Source: Bradymonadales bacterium (lineage in GTDB: Bacteria; Bdellovibrionota; UBA2394). Taken from it: 51,511 nt of DNA. Shown here in pieces: positions 38,299 to 48,476 of this stretch (positions within the stretch are counted from its first letter, which is position 1; each line of letters starts with the position of its first letter). The notes under the pieces are model-generated. The model had not been told where the DNA came from and ran no database searches. It was given only the letters and a program-made list of their open reading frames with translations. Location of the stretch: assembly GCA_007693605.1 (NCBI GenBank), contig REDG01000057.1, positions 1 through 51,511 of the forward strand. The letters are read 5' to 3'. The translations under genes and the position numbers were made by a program.

Positions 38299-39662
38299 TA
38301 AAACCTCGGAAGCCGAAGGGCTTCAATCTCTTGAATTTCTTTTGGGCAAGATCCTGACAAGACCTGAGGCCCTTTCTTTGCGATCGCCACATCATCTTCG
38401 ATGCGAACCCCAATACCCTGATAGTTCGAAGGAATAGAAGAATCCCGCTTTGAAAAATACAAGCCGGGCTCGATCGTCATCACGAAACCCGGCTCCAATT
38501 TAACGGGCTTTCCCTTTTCGTCTTCGTATCGACCCACATCATGCACATCAAGCCCAATCCAGTGACTGACCGAATGGGGCATATACTTCTTCCAAAGGGA
38601 CTTTTTCAAAATCTCTTTCTTTGAATTCTTGATCCACTTCAATGACGCTAGGCCTTCAGAAATCACTTCGACGGCGGCGAGATGAGGTCGATTCCAAGCC
38701 GCTCCCACTCGGGCCGATTCAATGGCCGCTTTCTGAGCCTCTAACACAATCTGATAAACCTCTTTCTGAACTTTGCTAAACTTTCCGTCCGCCGGAAAGC
38801 TGCGCGTGATGTCTGAGGCATATCCTTCAAATTCAGCCCCCGCATCCATCAGAAGAAGCTGACCTTTCTTAATCAGATCTCGGTTCCAATGATAATGCAG
38901 CGTGCAGGCGTTTTCACCCACGGCGCAAATAGTCTGATAGGCCGTGTCGGTGGCCCCTCTTTTTTTGAACTCTCGCTCGGCTTCGGCCACCACCTGATAC
39001 TCAAAGGCTCCGGGCCGAATCATTTGCATGGCTCGAATATGCCCCTCAGAGGCGATCTCAGCGCTCTGTCGCATCACCTGAAGCTCTTCGGTCGACTTGA
39101 TCTTTCGCATTTCCCCCAAGCTCTCACAGAGCCCCACCAGACGATAGGGAGCAAGGGCCCGCGCGCGAAGCTGACAAATCATTTGCATCCAGCTGGCCAG
39201 CTTTCGATCCCATTCTGGGTAGCCCCCCACATCCCAAAACACAGTCGAAACCGCCTTTAGAGAGTCCTGAAGCAGCTCTTCCACTTTTGAATTTTCGATG
39301 GCCTCATCAATGCCTAAGGTTTTGACCGCTCGCTCGGCTCCGAGTCGTTCCCCCTCCCAGATCTCGCTGCCTCGATTTGTCGACAAGTCTCGAGCTCTTA
39401 GAGCCAACACGACCTTGTTCTTGCCCCCAGAGCGACGCATCAACAAAAGGCTCTCGGGCTCTGAAAATCCAGTGAGATAAAAAAAGTTGGAATCTACCCG
39501 AAAAGGATAGTGATTCGTTCGATTCCGTATCTGTTCTGACCCGCTCCAGAAAATGGCGACGAAATCTGGCGACTCTTTTTCGAGGCGTCGAAACAGCTCT
39601 TGTCTGCGCCGTTGATAGCTCTGCTTAGAAAAGGGGCCAAAGAATCGATTTGATTGAGGCAT
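38298..39662 (-). CDS. pepP: Xaa-Pro aminopeptidase
   Basis: FRVDSNFFYLTGFSEP, LHY, DAG...GYASDITR, HWIGLDVHD, TIEPGLY, GVRIEDD; SD GGGGAG before ATG 39662. Confidence 0.93.
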   Translation of the reverse strand: MPQSNRFFGPFSKQSYQRRRQELFRRLEKESPDFVAIFWSGSEQIRNRTNHYPFRVDSNFFYLTGFSEPESLLLMRRSGGKNKVVLALRARDLSTNRGSEIWEGERLGAERAVKTLGIDEAIENSKVEELLQDSLKAVSTVFWDVGGYPEWDRKLASWMQMICQLRARALAPYRLVGLCESLGEMRKIKSTEELQVMRQSAEIASEGHIRAMQMIRPGAFEYQVVAEAEREFKKRGATDTAYQTICAVGENACTLHYHWNRDLIKKGQLLLMDAGAEFEGYASDITRSFPADGKFSKVQKEVYQIVLEAQKAAIESARVGAAWNRPHLAAVEVISEGLASLKWIKNSKKEILKKSLWKKYMPHSVSHWIGLDVHDVGRYEDEKGKPVKLEPGFVMTIEPGLYFSKRDSSIPSNYQGIGVRIEDDVAIAKKGPQVLSGSCPKEIQEIEALRLPRF

Positions 39663-39870
39663 AGCTCCCCTTCTACAAGACTGCCGCCCATCTGTCAGGG
39701 GAATTTGGGGTCCGGAGCGAGGGCTCACCAGCCGCCCGATTGGTCTCATTGCTTTGTCGCTCCGAGTGGCGTCCTAAGGAGACTGGCGATAGAGGCCCGT
39801 CGACTTCTTCTCTCTCCGCGGATCGAGTCTCGCTAGTCTGGCACTTTCGTCTCCCGACCCCAAAAGACCC

Positions 39871-39902
39871 AAAAAAAGAGGGCTAGATTTCTCTAGCCCT
39901 CT
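39871..39902 (-). terminator. Rho-independent terminator
   Basis: 11-bp stem AGAGGGCTAGA/TCTAGCCCTCT plus a U-run on the minus strand, downstream of 39932-40759. Confidence 0.85.
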
Positions 39903-39931
39903 CTCTGAAGTTAAAATTCTTCGCTGTTTGC

Positions 39932-40759
39932 TTAGAACAAGTAACCCACATTGGCGCCAAAGGCAACGCTCTGACGATCTCGAGTTGTTGAGTCGAGAGG
40001 CAGAGTAACAAAGCCCGCCAAGAGGATTTGGTCGATATTTCCTGAGATCGAAGGAGTCATGGCGTGACGGAATTTCTTGCCTGCGCCAGCAAACTTCGAA
40101 TCCAAGATAATGGCGTTGTACTCGGCATTCACGGCCAAATTAGGAAGCGCTCGCCAAGAAGCCGCTGTTTGCATCGTGAATGTGCTTCGAGCCTTGTCAG
40201 TCGCTCCTGAAACATTCGAGTAGGCATATCCAGCATTTCCTTTGACGGTGAACATTTCGTTCCCGATCCAAAGACCTGCTTGAAGATGTCCGGTCGTCGC
40301 TTTTGGAGTGAATCGGTAAAGCTCAGTCGTTGGGTTTGCAACTGCAACAACACCCGCTTCATCTTTTCTTGAAGTCGGAAGGTAAGCGTCTAAGCTTACT
40401 GCGTATCCCCAAGAAAGATCGTCAGCAGGAGAGCTCAATCGATCAGCCCAAATACCGCCAAGAGAAAAGTTTCCAAGAGAAGAGCGGCTAGTTCCAGCAG
40501 CTTTCGCATTGGCCATATAGAAAGGCAAATTCATATTGATCGCCAATCGATCAATCACGAAATAATCTGCTTTCAATTCAAAAGCCGCAATATTTCCTCG
40601 TCCGGCACCTGGAGTTTGCTCCTTTGTGGGAGTGTCCATAAAGCCAAGAGTGATGTTGTTGTTAGGATCCAAATTGGAACCGACATAGTAAGGGGTCGCA
40701 TAAGCGCTAGAGCCCAACCCAACTAAGCCCAGTCCTAATGCAAGGGTTTTAATTTTCAT
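39932..40759 (-). CDS. Putative outer-membrane beta-barrel protein
   Basis: Signal peptide ending AYA; beta-strand pattern; C-terminal GANVGYLF. Confidence 0.7.
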   Translation of the reverse strand: MKIKTLALGLGLVGLGSSAYATPYYVGSNLDPNNNITLGFMDTPTKEQTPGAGRGNIAAFELKADYFVIDRLAINMNLPFYMANAKAAGTSRSSLGNFSLGGIWADRLSSPADDLSWGYAVSLDAYLPTSRKDEAGVVAVANPTTELYRFTPKATTGHLQAGLWIGNEMFTVKGNAGYAYSNVSGATDKARSTFTMQTAASWRALPNLAVNAEYNAIILDSKFAGAGKKFRHAMTPSISGNIDQILLAGFVTLPLDSTTRDRQSVAFGANVGYLF

Positions 40760-40795
40760 TTGTTCGTTTCTCCATTCATGAATGTTGTTCGCTTA

Positions 40796-40826
40796 GAAAA
40801 AAGCCTTCGAAACTCTCGAAGGGCTT
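40796..40826 (-). terminator. Intrinsic terminator-like hairpin
   Basis: Minus strand AAGCCCTTCGA-gagtt-TCGAAGGCTTTTTT. Confidence 0.65.
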
Positions 40827-40901
40827 ATTCCTTAACCACCAGAACTATCTACATCAGCCAAGCTTTCGTCAACCGATTATAGGATAGTTCTACGACCTCT
40901 A

Positions 40902-42203
40902 TTAAAACCAAGATTTGGAAGCTATCCTATTGATTTTTGTGAGTATTTTTGACGCCCCGCGACCTCCCTGTGCGGCGACAGAGCCGCAGGCCGACCGAAG
41001 GCCGTAGTAATAGGACCCCAACTCGTCGAGCCAGAACTCCCCCTTAAAGGGCCAAAACTGCACCAACTCACTGAAGTCCACCCGACCAAGCTGAATGATT
41101 TCAATATCTTCCCTCGTTTCGATGGGCGCTCCCGTCAAAACATTCACCCCTAACTGTAGAATCTCAATCTGAATACTGTCCGCTTGAGCCAAAGCCCCCT
41201 CCAGCTCTGTCTCGATTTGACGCAAGCTTCGCTGAACCTCCTGTCGAAGTCGACCCCTTACAAAACGAAGAGCCTCTTCCGCCTTTTGACGGGCATTTCC
41301 CGTCAACCGTGTCTGCTCTTGAAGAAGCGCCTGGTGAGCTCTTTGTAGCCTCCGAAAACTCGGATCATAAGTGAGTCGGCCTAAGATTCTCGGGCTAATC
41401 GACTGCAAGACCGAGTCGTCAAACAACCACGACTCGACCGATCGCTGACGAAGCTCTCGAATCTGGCCCCGAAGCGGAAGAAACACCTGCTTCATATCTT
41501 CGACTACGAGATTGGCCTGTTCGTACAAACAGAGATGATAGTAAGAGGCTGCCCGAACAATATGAGCTTCTGGATAGAGCATATGATCGGCATAAGGAGT
41601 GATAAAACTGAGCGTCGCCCCCAAGGCCCCATTCATATCTCCCTGAAGATAGAGAGACCAGCCCTTCTCAAAAATCGACTGAAAGAACAGCGGATCGAGT
41701 TGACTGATTCGACTGTAGTAAAAGACTGCTTGTCTATAGTCTTCAACCTCGTGAGCCACTCGGCCCGCCCCCATCAGGGCCAAGGCCACCAGTCGTCTTG
41801 ATAGAGAATGTCTTCGATCAATAAGCTCTCGAAACTGGATCATGGCCTGCTCGTATTTTCTCTCAACCGCCAGGGCCACGGCTTCAAGATAGCGAACCTG
41901 ATCACGATGCCCCTCCACCTGCTGCAGGTACCGACGAGCGGTGGCCACATCAGCGCGATCAAGAGCGCGACCCGCTTCTCGAAAGTAATAGAGCGAACTT
42001 GCAACCGAGTTTTGCGCCCCCTGATAGTCTAAAAAGAAATCAATCTCGTCTTCGAAGAAGGCCTTCTCAAGTGGAGCCAATCGGCCTTCAGCCAAATCAT
42101 AGATCAAGGCCGTCACCGGAGCCTTTCCCCTGACCTCCCGAGCCGTTTGAGCGTCCAAAGAAAGGGATGCAAAAACAATGAGCAAACCAATAAAAAATCG
42201 CAT
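40902..42203 (-). CDS. GltC-like TPR protein (gliding-motility type)
   Basis: Signal peptide; TPRs; C-terminal WPFKGEFWLDELGSYYY..S.C resembles the GltC-family terminus. Confidence 0.7.
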   Translation of the reverse strand: MRFFIGLLIVFASLSLDAQTAREVRGKAPVTALIYDLAEGRLAPLEKAFFEDEIDFFLDYQGAQNSVASSLYYFREAGRALDRADVATARRYLQQVEGHRDQVRYLEAVALAVERKYEQAMIQFRELIDRRHSLSRRLVALALMGAGRVAHEVEDYRQAVFYYSRISQLDPLFFQSIFEKGWSLYLQGDMNGALGATLSFITPYADHMLYPEAHIVRAASYYHLCLYEQANLVVEDMKQVFLPLRGQIRELRQRSVESWLFDDSVLQSISPRILGRLTYDPSFRRLQRAHQALLQEQTRLTGNARQKAEEALRFVRGRLRQEVQRSLRQIETELEGALAQADSIQIEILQLGVNVLTGAPIETREDIEIIQLGRVDFSELVQFWPFKGEFWLDELGSYYYGLRSACGSVAAQGGRGASKILTKINRIASKSWF

Positions 42204-42226
42204 TCCGTCCCCCTCGACTCTCTGCG

Positions 42227-42859
42227 TTACAACGACTGTCTGAACGGAATCAGAACAGACAGACCCGCCGTCAAAGCGAAGTTATGCGTGATCTTCGTTC
42301 GATCCCCAAAACTTCGATTATAGACATAGTCACGAAATTCAATGCGAGCAGAAAGAAAATCATTGATGAACAAACGAGTCCCCAAACCCACATTCGCCAT
42401 AAACCCAGTGCCAGAGGGCTGGCTGTCATATCGAACGGCCCCCAGGCCTGCCACGGTATAGAGATCGAAGTTCAAAACCGCCCAAGTGAACCAACTGACT
42501 TTTCCGTAGATTGGAGAAAAAATCACAGAACCCTGCCCCAACATCATCTTGTCGGTGTCTCCAAACTGAAAGGCGTAACCTCCTGACAACTCAACTCCCA
42601 GACTCTCGTAAAAATGATATTGATAAGAAGCCAAAGCCAGAGCGAATCCATTGTTATTAAAAATCCCTCCGGCCTGAACGCCGATCTCATGCCGCCCCAC
42701 CTTGGTGAAGAGTCTTTTGTGAATGCTGTGAATGTCTTCTCGATCAAAGAGTCGAAGCTGGTCTCTAATGCTATCCTGCGAAAAAGAGGCCCCAAAGGGA
42801 AGCGAGACAAAAATCAAAAAGCCTAGTAAAACCGATCGAAAGGAGCTAATCGAAGCCAT
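42227..42859 (-). CDS. Outer-membrane beta-barrel, GltA/B/H-like (myxobacterial/Bdellovibrio family)
   Basis: IHKRLFTKVGRHE, YHFYESLGVE, FSPIYGKVS, FDLY, GLGTR.F, EFRD; adjacent to the GltC-like gene. Confidence 0.75.
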   Translation of the reverse strand: MASISSFRSVLLGFLIFVSLPFGASFSQDSIRDQLRLFDREDIHSIHKRLFTKVGRHEIGVQAGGIFNNNGFALALASYQYHFYESLGVELSGGYAFQFGDTDKMMLGQGSVIFSPIYGKVSWFTWAVLNFDLYTVAGLGAVRYDSQPSGTGFMANVGLGTRLFINDFLSARIEFRDYVYNRSFGDRTKITHNFALTAGLSVLIPFRQSL

Positions 42860-42875
42860 ACCCGCCCAGTGTATT

Positions 42876-44498
42876 ATGAAGAGACCAAAGCACCAAGATT
42901 TTGTTAGAAACTTGTCTTCAACCCCAGAAAGTCCTGGAGCTGAAAAGTCCCGCCTAAAAAACAGCTCGGGAATTGAAGTTGAAGGCGTCTACGGCGGCGA
43001 TCCTCGACCCGGAAGTTTTCCTTACACACGAGGACCTTACCCCACGATGTATCGCGGAAAGCGCTGGACCATGAGGCAGTATAGTGGTTTTGGAAGCGCG
43101 AAGGAGACGAATCAACGATTTCACTACCTGCTTCGAAACGGACAAACGGGAGTCAGCTGCGCTTTCGATCTTCCCACCCAAATGGGATATGATTCCGATG
43201 ACCCCATGGCTGAAGGCGAAGTCGGACGAGTGGGCGTCGCCATCTCTCATATTGATGATATGAAGATTCTCCTGCAAAAGCTGCCACTCGAAGAGATTTC
43301 GAGTTCTATGACCATTAATTCTACTGCGACGACCTTGCTGAGCCTCTACCTTGCGACGGCCGAATCGAAAGCTGTGCCGACTCAGCGACTGCGGGGAACG
43401 ATACAAAACGATATTCTGAAGGAGTATATTGCGCGAGGCACTTATATCTATCCCCCCGACTTTTCTCTGGCCTTGACGGCAGACAGCTTTCGTTTTGCGG
43501 CAAAGCACTGTCCAAAATGGAATCCCATTAGCATTAGTGGTTATCATATTCGAGAGGCCGGATCGACGGCCGCCCAAGAAGTCGCCTTCACTTTACTCAA
43601 CGCCTTTACCTATGTGAAAACCGCTCTAGAAGCGGGTTTAAAGGCGGAAGACTTTGTCAGTCGCCTGTCCTTTTTCTTCAATGTTCACAACGACTTTTTT
43701 GAAGAGGTGGCAAAGTTTCGAATCGCTCGAAAGATCTATGCTGAAGAGATGCAAAGGCGCTTCGATCTTGACCCCAAGCTTTTGGCCCTTCGTTTTCATG
43801 CGCAGGTGGCTGGCAGCACGCTGACAGCGCAGCAACCCTTGAACAATATCGTACGGGTCGCTTACCAGGCATTGGCCGCGGTTTTAGGAGGCACTCAAAG
43901 CCTACATACCAATGCCTACGATGAGGCCCTAGGCTTGCCAACAGAGACGAGTGCCTTGATTGCGCTTCGAACTCAACAGATTCTGGCGGAAGAAACAGGA
44001 GTGGACCGGGTGGCCGACCCTCTCGGGGGGTCAGATTATCTGGAGTCTCTTTGTGAAGGCATGGAGCAGAAAGTTTTTGAGATCTTCAAGAGCGTTGAAG
44101 ATCGCGGCGGAATGCTCCGCTGCATCGAGTCTGGCTTCGTCCAGTCAGAAATTCAAAAGGCGGCGTTCCTTGCACAGAAGGCCATCGACTCGGGAAATCA
44201 AAAGATTGTCGGAGTGAATGCCTATCTCTCAGAGGCTGAAATGGAGCCCGAGCTTCATCAACTGGATGAAAGAGTCGTGAAAGATCAGCTCAAAAGACTG
44301 AAGAGCTTCAAGTCGAAGAGGAAGTCTAAGAGCCTGGAGCGAGCCTTCAAGGCCCTCGAAAAGGAAGCCCTCTCTCTGCACAAGGGAGAGCCCGCCACGG
44401 TCACCGAGAAGATTCTTGCCTGCGTCAAAGAGCGGGCCACTCTCGGAGAGATTTCAAACATCTTTCGATCCGTCGCCGGTCGACATCAAGCGCTTTGA
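42876..44498 (+). CDS. Methylmalonyl-CoA mutase, substrate-binding subunit (no B12-binding domain)
   Basis: PGSFPYTRG, WTMRQYSGF, AFDLPTQ, GTIQNDILKEY.ARG, ISGYHIREAG, QSLHTN, DPLGGS; start uncertain. Confidence 0.92.
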   Translation: MKRPKHQDFVRNLSSTPESPGAEKSRLKNSSGIEVEGVYGGDPRPGSFPYTRGPYPTMYRGKRWTMRQYSGFGSAKETNQRFHYLLRNGQTGVSCAFDLPTQMGYDSDDPMAEGEVGRVGVAISHIDDMKILLQKLPLEEISSSMTINSTATTLLSLYLATAESKAVPTQRLRGTIQNDILKEYIARGTYIYPPDFSLALTADSFRFAAKHCPKWNPISISGYHIREAGSTAAQEVAFTLLNAFTYVKTALEAGLKAEDFVSRLSFFFNVHNDFFEEVAKFRIARKIYAEEMQRRFDLDPKLLALRFHAQVAGSTLTAQQPLNNIVRVAYQALAAVLGGTQSLHTNAYDEALGLPTETSALIALRTQQILAEETGVDRVADPLGGSDYLESLCEGMEQKVFEIFKSVEDRGGMLRCIESGFVQSEIQKAAFLAQKAIDSGNQKIVGVNAYLSEAEMEPELHQLDERVVKDQLKRLKSFKSKRKSKSLERAFKALEKEALSLHKGEPATVTEKILACVKERATLGEISNIFRSVAGRHQAL

Positions 44499-45238
44499 TT
44501 TTCAGATGGAACTTTTCTCGCCCGCTCAATGAGCTGCGCCACCAGAATGCTTGCCAGATAAAGTCCGCTCAAAGGAAGTCCCAGCAGCAGCATGGTAATC
44601 GGATCGGCGGGGGTCAAGACTGCTGAAAGAGCGAAGATTCCGATGATGGCGTATCGCCATGTAGACCAAAGCTGAGACGCGCTTAAGATGCGAAGATAAA
44701 CCAGGCTCAGAACCACTAGAGGCAGCTCAAACAAAATTCCAAAAGCTAAGAGAAGTCGAACCGAAAAGCTAAAGTAGGCTTGCATGGCGGGCATCGGTGC
44801 AATCCCCTCCCCCGCGTAGTTCAAGAAAAAATCAAAGGCAAAGGGGAACACAAGCCAATAGCCAAAGGCCGCGCCCCCAACAAACAAAGCGCTGGCCACA
44901 AAAACCACAGGCCACACTAATTTCTTTTCGGTCTCTAGCAGGCCTGGCTCAATAAACTTCCAGGCTTGTAGAAACACCCAAGGGGCCGCAAGAAACAAGC
45001 CTGCCAGAATGGCCGTCTTAAAATACACAAAGAAAGCTTCTGCAACACCAATGGTGATGAGTTGACACTCCTGATTCCTGAAAGAAGCGCAGAGGGGCTG
45101 CATCAAGAACCAAAAAATCTCTTCGGAAAAACTGTAAGCAATCAGAAAGCCGACCAGAACCCCAAGAACCGAGCGAATCACTCGCGTGCGAAGCTCCATC
45201 AGGTGGCCCAGAAAACTCATTCCCTCAGTAGCCGTCAT
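44486..45238 (-). CDS. tatC: Twin-arginine translocase subunit TatC
   Basis: HLMELRTR, QAWKFIEPGL..E, FELP, LTPADP. Confidence 0.95.
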   Translation of the reverse strand: MTATEGMSFLGHLMELRTRVIRSVLGVLVGFLIAYSFSEEIFWFLMQPLCASFRNQECQLITIGVAEAFFVYFKTAILAGLFLAAPWVFLQAWKFIEPGLLETEKKLVWPVVFVASALFVGGAAFGYWLVFPFAFDFFLNYAGEGIAPMPAMQAYFSFSVRLLLAFGILFELPLVVLSLVYLRILSASQLWSTWRYAIIGIFALSAVLTPADPITMLLLGLPLSGLYLASILVAQLIERARKVPSENQSA

Positions 45239-45723
45239 GACTTTTTATCTTTCGATCCCCTAGAGTTGGTTTCGAGTTGAGTAGCCTCTTCAAGCAAATC
45301 ATCCAGGGCTTCAGTCTTACTGGGCTCTGGCAAGTCAGACTCTGCGCCCTCTAACTTGGCAGCCTCTGTCTTCGTGTAGATTTCTGTCTTGGTATAGCCG
45401 TCAGTCGGTTCTTCGGCCTCTGATGAAAGCTCGATGGTCTCCTCTTGAAGCGCAGTCTCCCACTTTCGAGTCTCTTGCTCAAAACTACTTTTAAATTCTC
45501 TCACTGGCTCTGACAGGTCTTGCTCGACCTTGTTGACCTCGCGTCGAAGCTCTTGAATGGAAGGATCTTTTCGAATCTCATCGCTCCAATGATCGCGAAA
45601 CTTCCGAATCTTCTTAATCCAAATGGCAAGCTCTCGAGCTACGACGGGAAGTTGCTTCGGCCCCACGAGCAGAATGGCGATCAAACAAAGGGCCACAAAT
45701 TCAACGCCACCAATTCCGAACAT
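45235..45723 (-). CDS. tatB: Twin-arginine translocase subunit TatB
   Basis: MFGIGGVE...LLVGPKQLP; adjacent to tatC. Confidence 0.85.
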   Translation of the reverse strand: MFGIGGVEFVALCLIAILLVGPKQLPVVARELAIWIKKIRKFRDHWSDEIRKDPSIQELRREVNKVEQDLSEPVREFKSSFEQETRKWETALQEETIELSSEAEEPTDGYTKTEIYTKTEAAKLEGAESDLPEPSKTEALDDLLEEATQLETNSRGSKDKKS

Positions 45724-45724
45724 C

Positions 45725-48391
45725 TCAATCCCTCTGGTACAAATTTAAGCCCTGTCTTGAGGGCCGCGCCTCTCCTGGTCTGGGGGCTGTTCCCTTAACA
45801 AAGGCTTCAAACACGGCTCCGGGGGTGTCGGCCCCCGCCAACTCTCCGGTACGAGGATTGACTCGAGCAAACTCGATATTCTCTGGAACTTCAAAGTCTA
45901 CTCGCGGGAGATTCTGAGAGGCATTGATCATATACTCTGCCCAAATGGGAACGGCAGCGCGGCCTCCGGTTTCGAATCGGCCCAACCTTCTGAGGTCGTC
46001 ATAGCCCACCCAAACACCCGTTACGAGTTGAGTCGTATAACCCACAAACCAAGCATCTCGATTGGAGTCTGTTGTTCCTGTCTTTCCTGAAGCGGGGTGC
46101 TGCAAATTTCGAGCTCGCCGGCCCGACCCGTACAGAATGTTCTCTTTGAGCAGATGAGTGACTAAGAAGCTGGTTTCAGAGCTCAGAACCTGGCCGGGAT
46201 GCGTGGGCATCGGCTCTGAACGAATTCTCGATCTCTGAGGAAGAGCCTCAGCAAGAAAGCTTGCCGATTCATTGTCTGCCAGGGCAATCGGCTCAGAAAG
46301 CACAATGCTAGAAATGTCCCTCCGCATATCGGCCACTGCGCGCTCCAACAACTCGAAAGTCGAAAGATGAAAATCCTCTGTGACATTTTGCTCCAAGATG
46401 TTGCCGTAACGATCTTCAATTCGTCGAATGCTCAATGTGTCTTGCGGGTAACCTCCCCGAGCAAACACAATATAGGGTCGTAAAATGTCTTCTAAGGTCA
46501 CTACTGAAGACCCAAGCGCCAGAGTGAAATCTCGGGTAAGCTCAGACTGAATCCCCAAGCGTCGCGCATACTGAATGGTGGTATCGAGTCCAATCTCGTT
46601 CAGTAGCTTAATGGTGGTGATGTTTCTTGAAGCCAACAGACTATCCCGAAGGGTAGTGTCTCCGACAAAACGGCGGTCGTAGTTGTTGGGCCGCCACTTC
46701 TCTTCGTCTAATTGGTTTTCAAAAGTAATCGGACTGTCTTGCAAAATCGAGGCGGGCGTGAAACCCAAATCGAGAGCGGCAGCATACACAATCGGCTTGA
46801 AGGCCGAGCCCGGCTGTCGTCGAGCCTGCACAGCCCGATTGAACTCAGAGCGATTAAAGTCATAGCCCCCCACCATAGCCACGATATAGCCATTGTGAGG
46901 ATCAACGCTGAGAATGGCCCCCTCGACTTCAGTGTCTTGCTCAAGAACGGCTGAGATCATGGGAAAAGACTCGGCCTGCTCTACGCCTTCCGGCGTCTCG
47001 ACTTCGAGATCTTTAACACTCATCACAATGACATCTCCTCGAGCCAGAACATCCGACACTCGCCGCGGAGGCCTCGGGTGTTGATCTTCGTCGTCAGGAT
47101 TGATGCGCGGAGACGCCCAACGCATATCTGCAAAATCAATTCTAGCAAACAAAGAAGGCTCGTACTCCACCAGGGCGTAGGCCTCTTCATCGTTGACCGC
47201 CCGCACCAAACCCTCAAGAACTTCACCTACTTCGAGACCCGTTCTTAGTCGCATGAGGATGCGACCTCGACCCTCGGTTTCACTGGCTTCAACCTCTAAA
47301 TCAGCATTCAACTGAGTGCCCGCAACATCCCTTTCTGCAAACTGCCTTCCGGCAAAATAACTTTGCATCTCTTCCTCATTCAGTCGCCGCAGAGGACCCC
47401 GATAGCCTTGCCGCTTCTCTAGGTCACTCAAGCCCTTGCGAAGTGCGTTTTGAGCATAGCGATTCTTTTCAACATCCAAGGTCGTATGAATTCTAAGCCC
47501 GTCTTGTAAAACCATTCGAGAACCATACTTTCTCATGACATATCGACGAATGTGCTCGACAAAATAAGGAGCGATACTTCGGTTTAGATCTCGTCTCGGC
47601 TCAATCAAAACATCTTCGTTGGCGGCGAGTTCGAATTTCTCTTCTGAAATAAAGTTCGCGCTCAACATTTGACGAAGAACATAGAGTTGGCGTCTCTTCA
47701 CTCGATCGGGGTTTCGAGCTGGCGAGTACACACTAGGTGACTGAGGCATACCAGCTAAAATGGCTGCCTCTGCGACTCCCAGCTCATTCAAAGTCTTTCC
47801 AAAGAAGACCTCAGCCGCAGCCGCCACTCCATAAGCCCCTCGCCCCAGATAAATCTGATTCAAATACAGATTCAGAATCTGCTCTTTCGTGAGAGCTTGT
47901 TCAATTCTCCAAGCCAATATGACTTCTTTCAATTTTCTCGTATAAGTTCTTTCGGTGGATAAGAAGAAGGCTCTGGCTACCTGCTGAGTAATGGTGCTGG
48001 CCCCCTGTCGAATGCTTCCAGCCCGAAAGTTCACATAGGCGGCCCGAAAAATTCCAAAAAAGTCGACACCCTGATGAGAGTAAAAGCTTGAATCTTCGGC
48101 AGCGATGAAGGCGTTTTTAACGAGGCTCGGAATTTCAGTTGTGACGAGCCTTCTCTCTTCGAAGAATTCGCCGATCAATTCTCCGTCACGAGAAAAGACC
48201 TGAGAGGCCTCCTTGAGCTCGTAATGCCTCAGGCTCTCGATGGAGGGCAGATCTTTGTTGAGGCTCAAGAGGAAAAGAAAGATGGCAAAGCCCGAAATCA
48301 TGATGAAGCTGACGCCTCCCCAAAATGCGAACTTGAAAAACGCCTTCCAGCGACTTCGAGCTTTAGGAGGAGAGTTAGCGGTCATGAACAA
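45725..48391 (-). CDS. mrcA: Class A penicillin-binding protein 1A
   Basis: AAED, QGASTITQQ, RKLKE, LYLN; RQPGSAFKP, SRN, KTGT; start may be ATG 48385. Confidence 0.95.
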   Translation of the reverse strand: MFMTANSPPKARSRWKAFFKFAFWGGVSFIMISGFAIFLFLLSLNKDLPSIESLRHYELKEASQVFSRDGELIGEFFEERRLVTTEIPSLVKNAFIAAEDSSFYSHQGVDFFGIFRAAYVNFRAGSIRQGASTITQQVARAFFLSTERTYTRKLKEVILAWRIEQALTKEQILNLYLNQIYLGRGAYGVAAAAEVFFGKTLNELGVAEAAILAGMPQSPSVYSPARNPDRVKRRQLYVLRQMLSANFISEEKFELAANEDVLIEPRRDLNRSIAPYFVEHIRRYVMRKYGSRMVLQDGLRIHTTLDVEKNRYAQNALRKGLSDLEKRQGYRGPLRRLNEEEMQSYFAGRQFAERDVAGTQLNADLEVEASETEGRGRILMRLRTGLEVGEVLEGLVRAVNDEEAYALVEYEPSLFARIDFADMRWASPRINPDDEDQHPRPPRRVSDVLARGDVIVMSVKDLEVETPEGVEQAESFPMISAVLEQDTEVEGAILSVDPHNGYIVAMVGGYDFNRSEFNRAVQARRQPGSAFKPIVYAAALDLGFTPASILQDSPITFENQLDEEKWRPNNYDRRFVGDTTLRDSLLASRNITTIKLLNEIGLDTTIQYARRLGIQSELTRDFTLALGSSVVTLEDILRPYIVFARGGYPQDTLSIRRIEDRYGNILEQNVTEDFHLSTFELLERAVADMRRDISSIVLSEPIALADNESASFLAEALPQRSRIRSEPMPTHPGQVLSSETSFLVTHLLKENILYGSGRRARNLQHPASGKTGTTDSNRDAWFVGYTTQLVTGVWVGYDDLRRLGRFETGGRAAVPIWAEYMINASQNLPRVDFEVPENIEFARVNPRTGELAGADTPGAVFEAFVKGTAPRPGEARPSRQGLNLYQRD

Positions 48392-48476
48392 GCCCCGTTG
48401 ACAAAAAACATGAGGGTTAACTTCAATTTAGAGGTCCTTAAAATTGGCATTTCTATGGTAAATTGTACAATGAATA

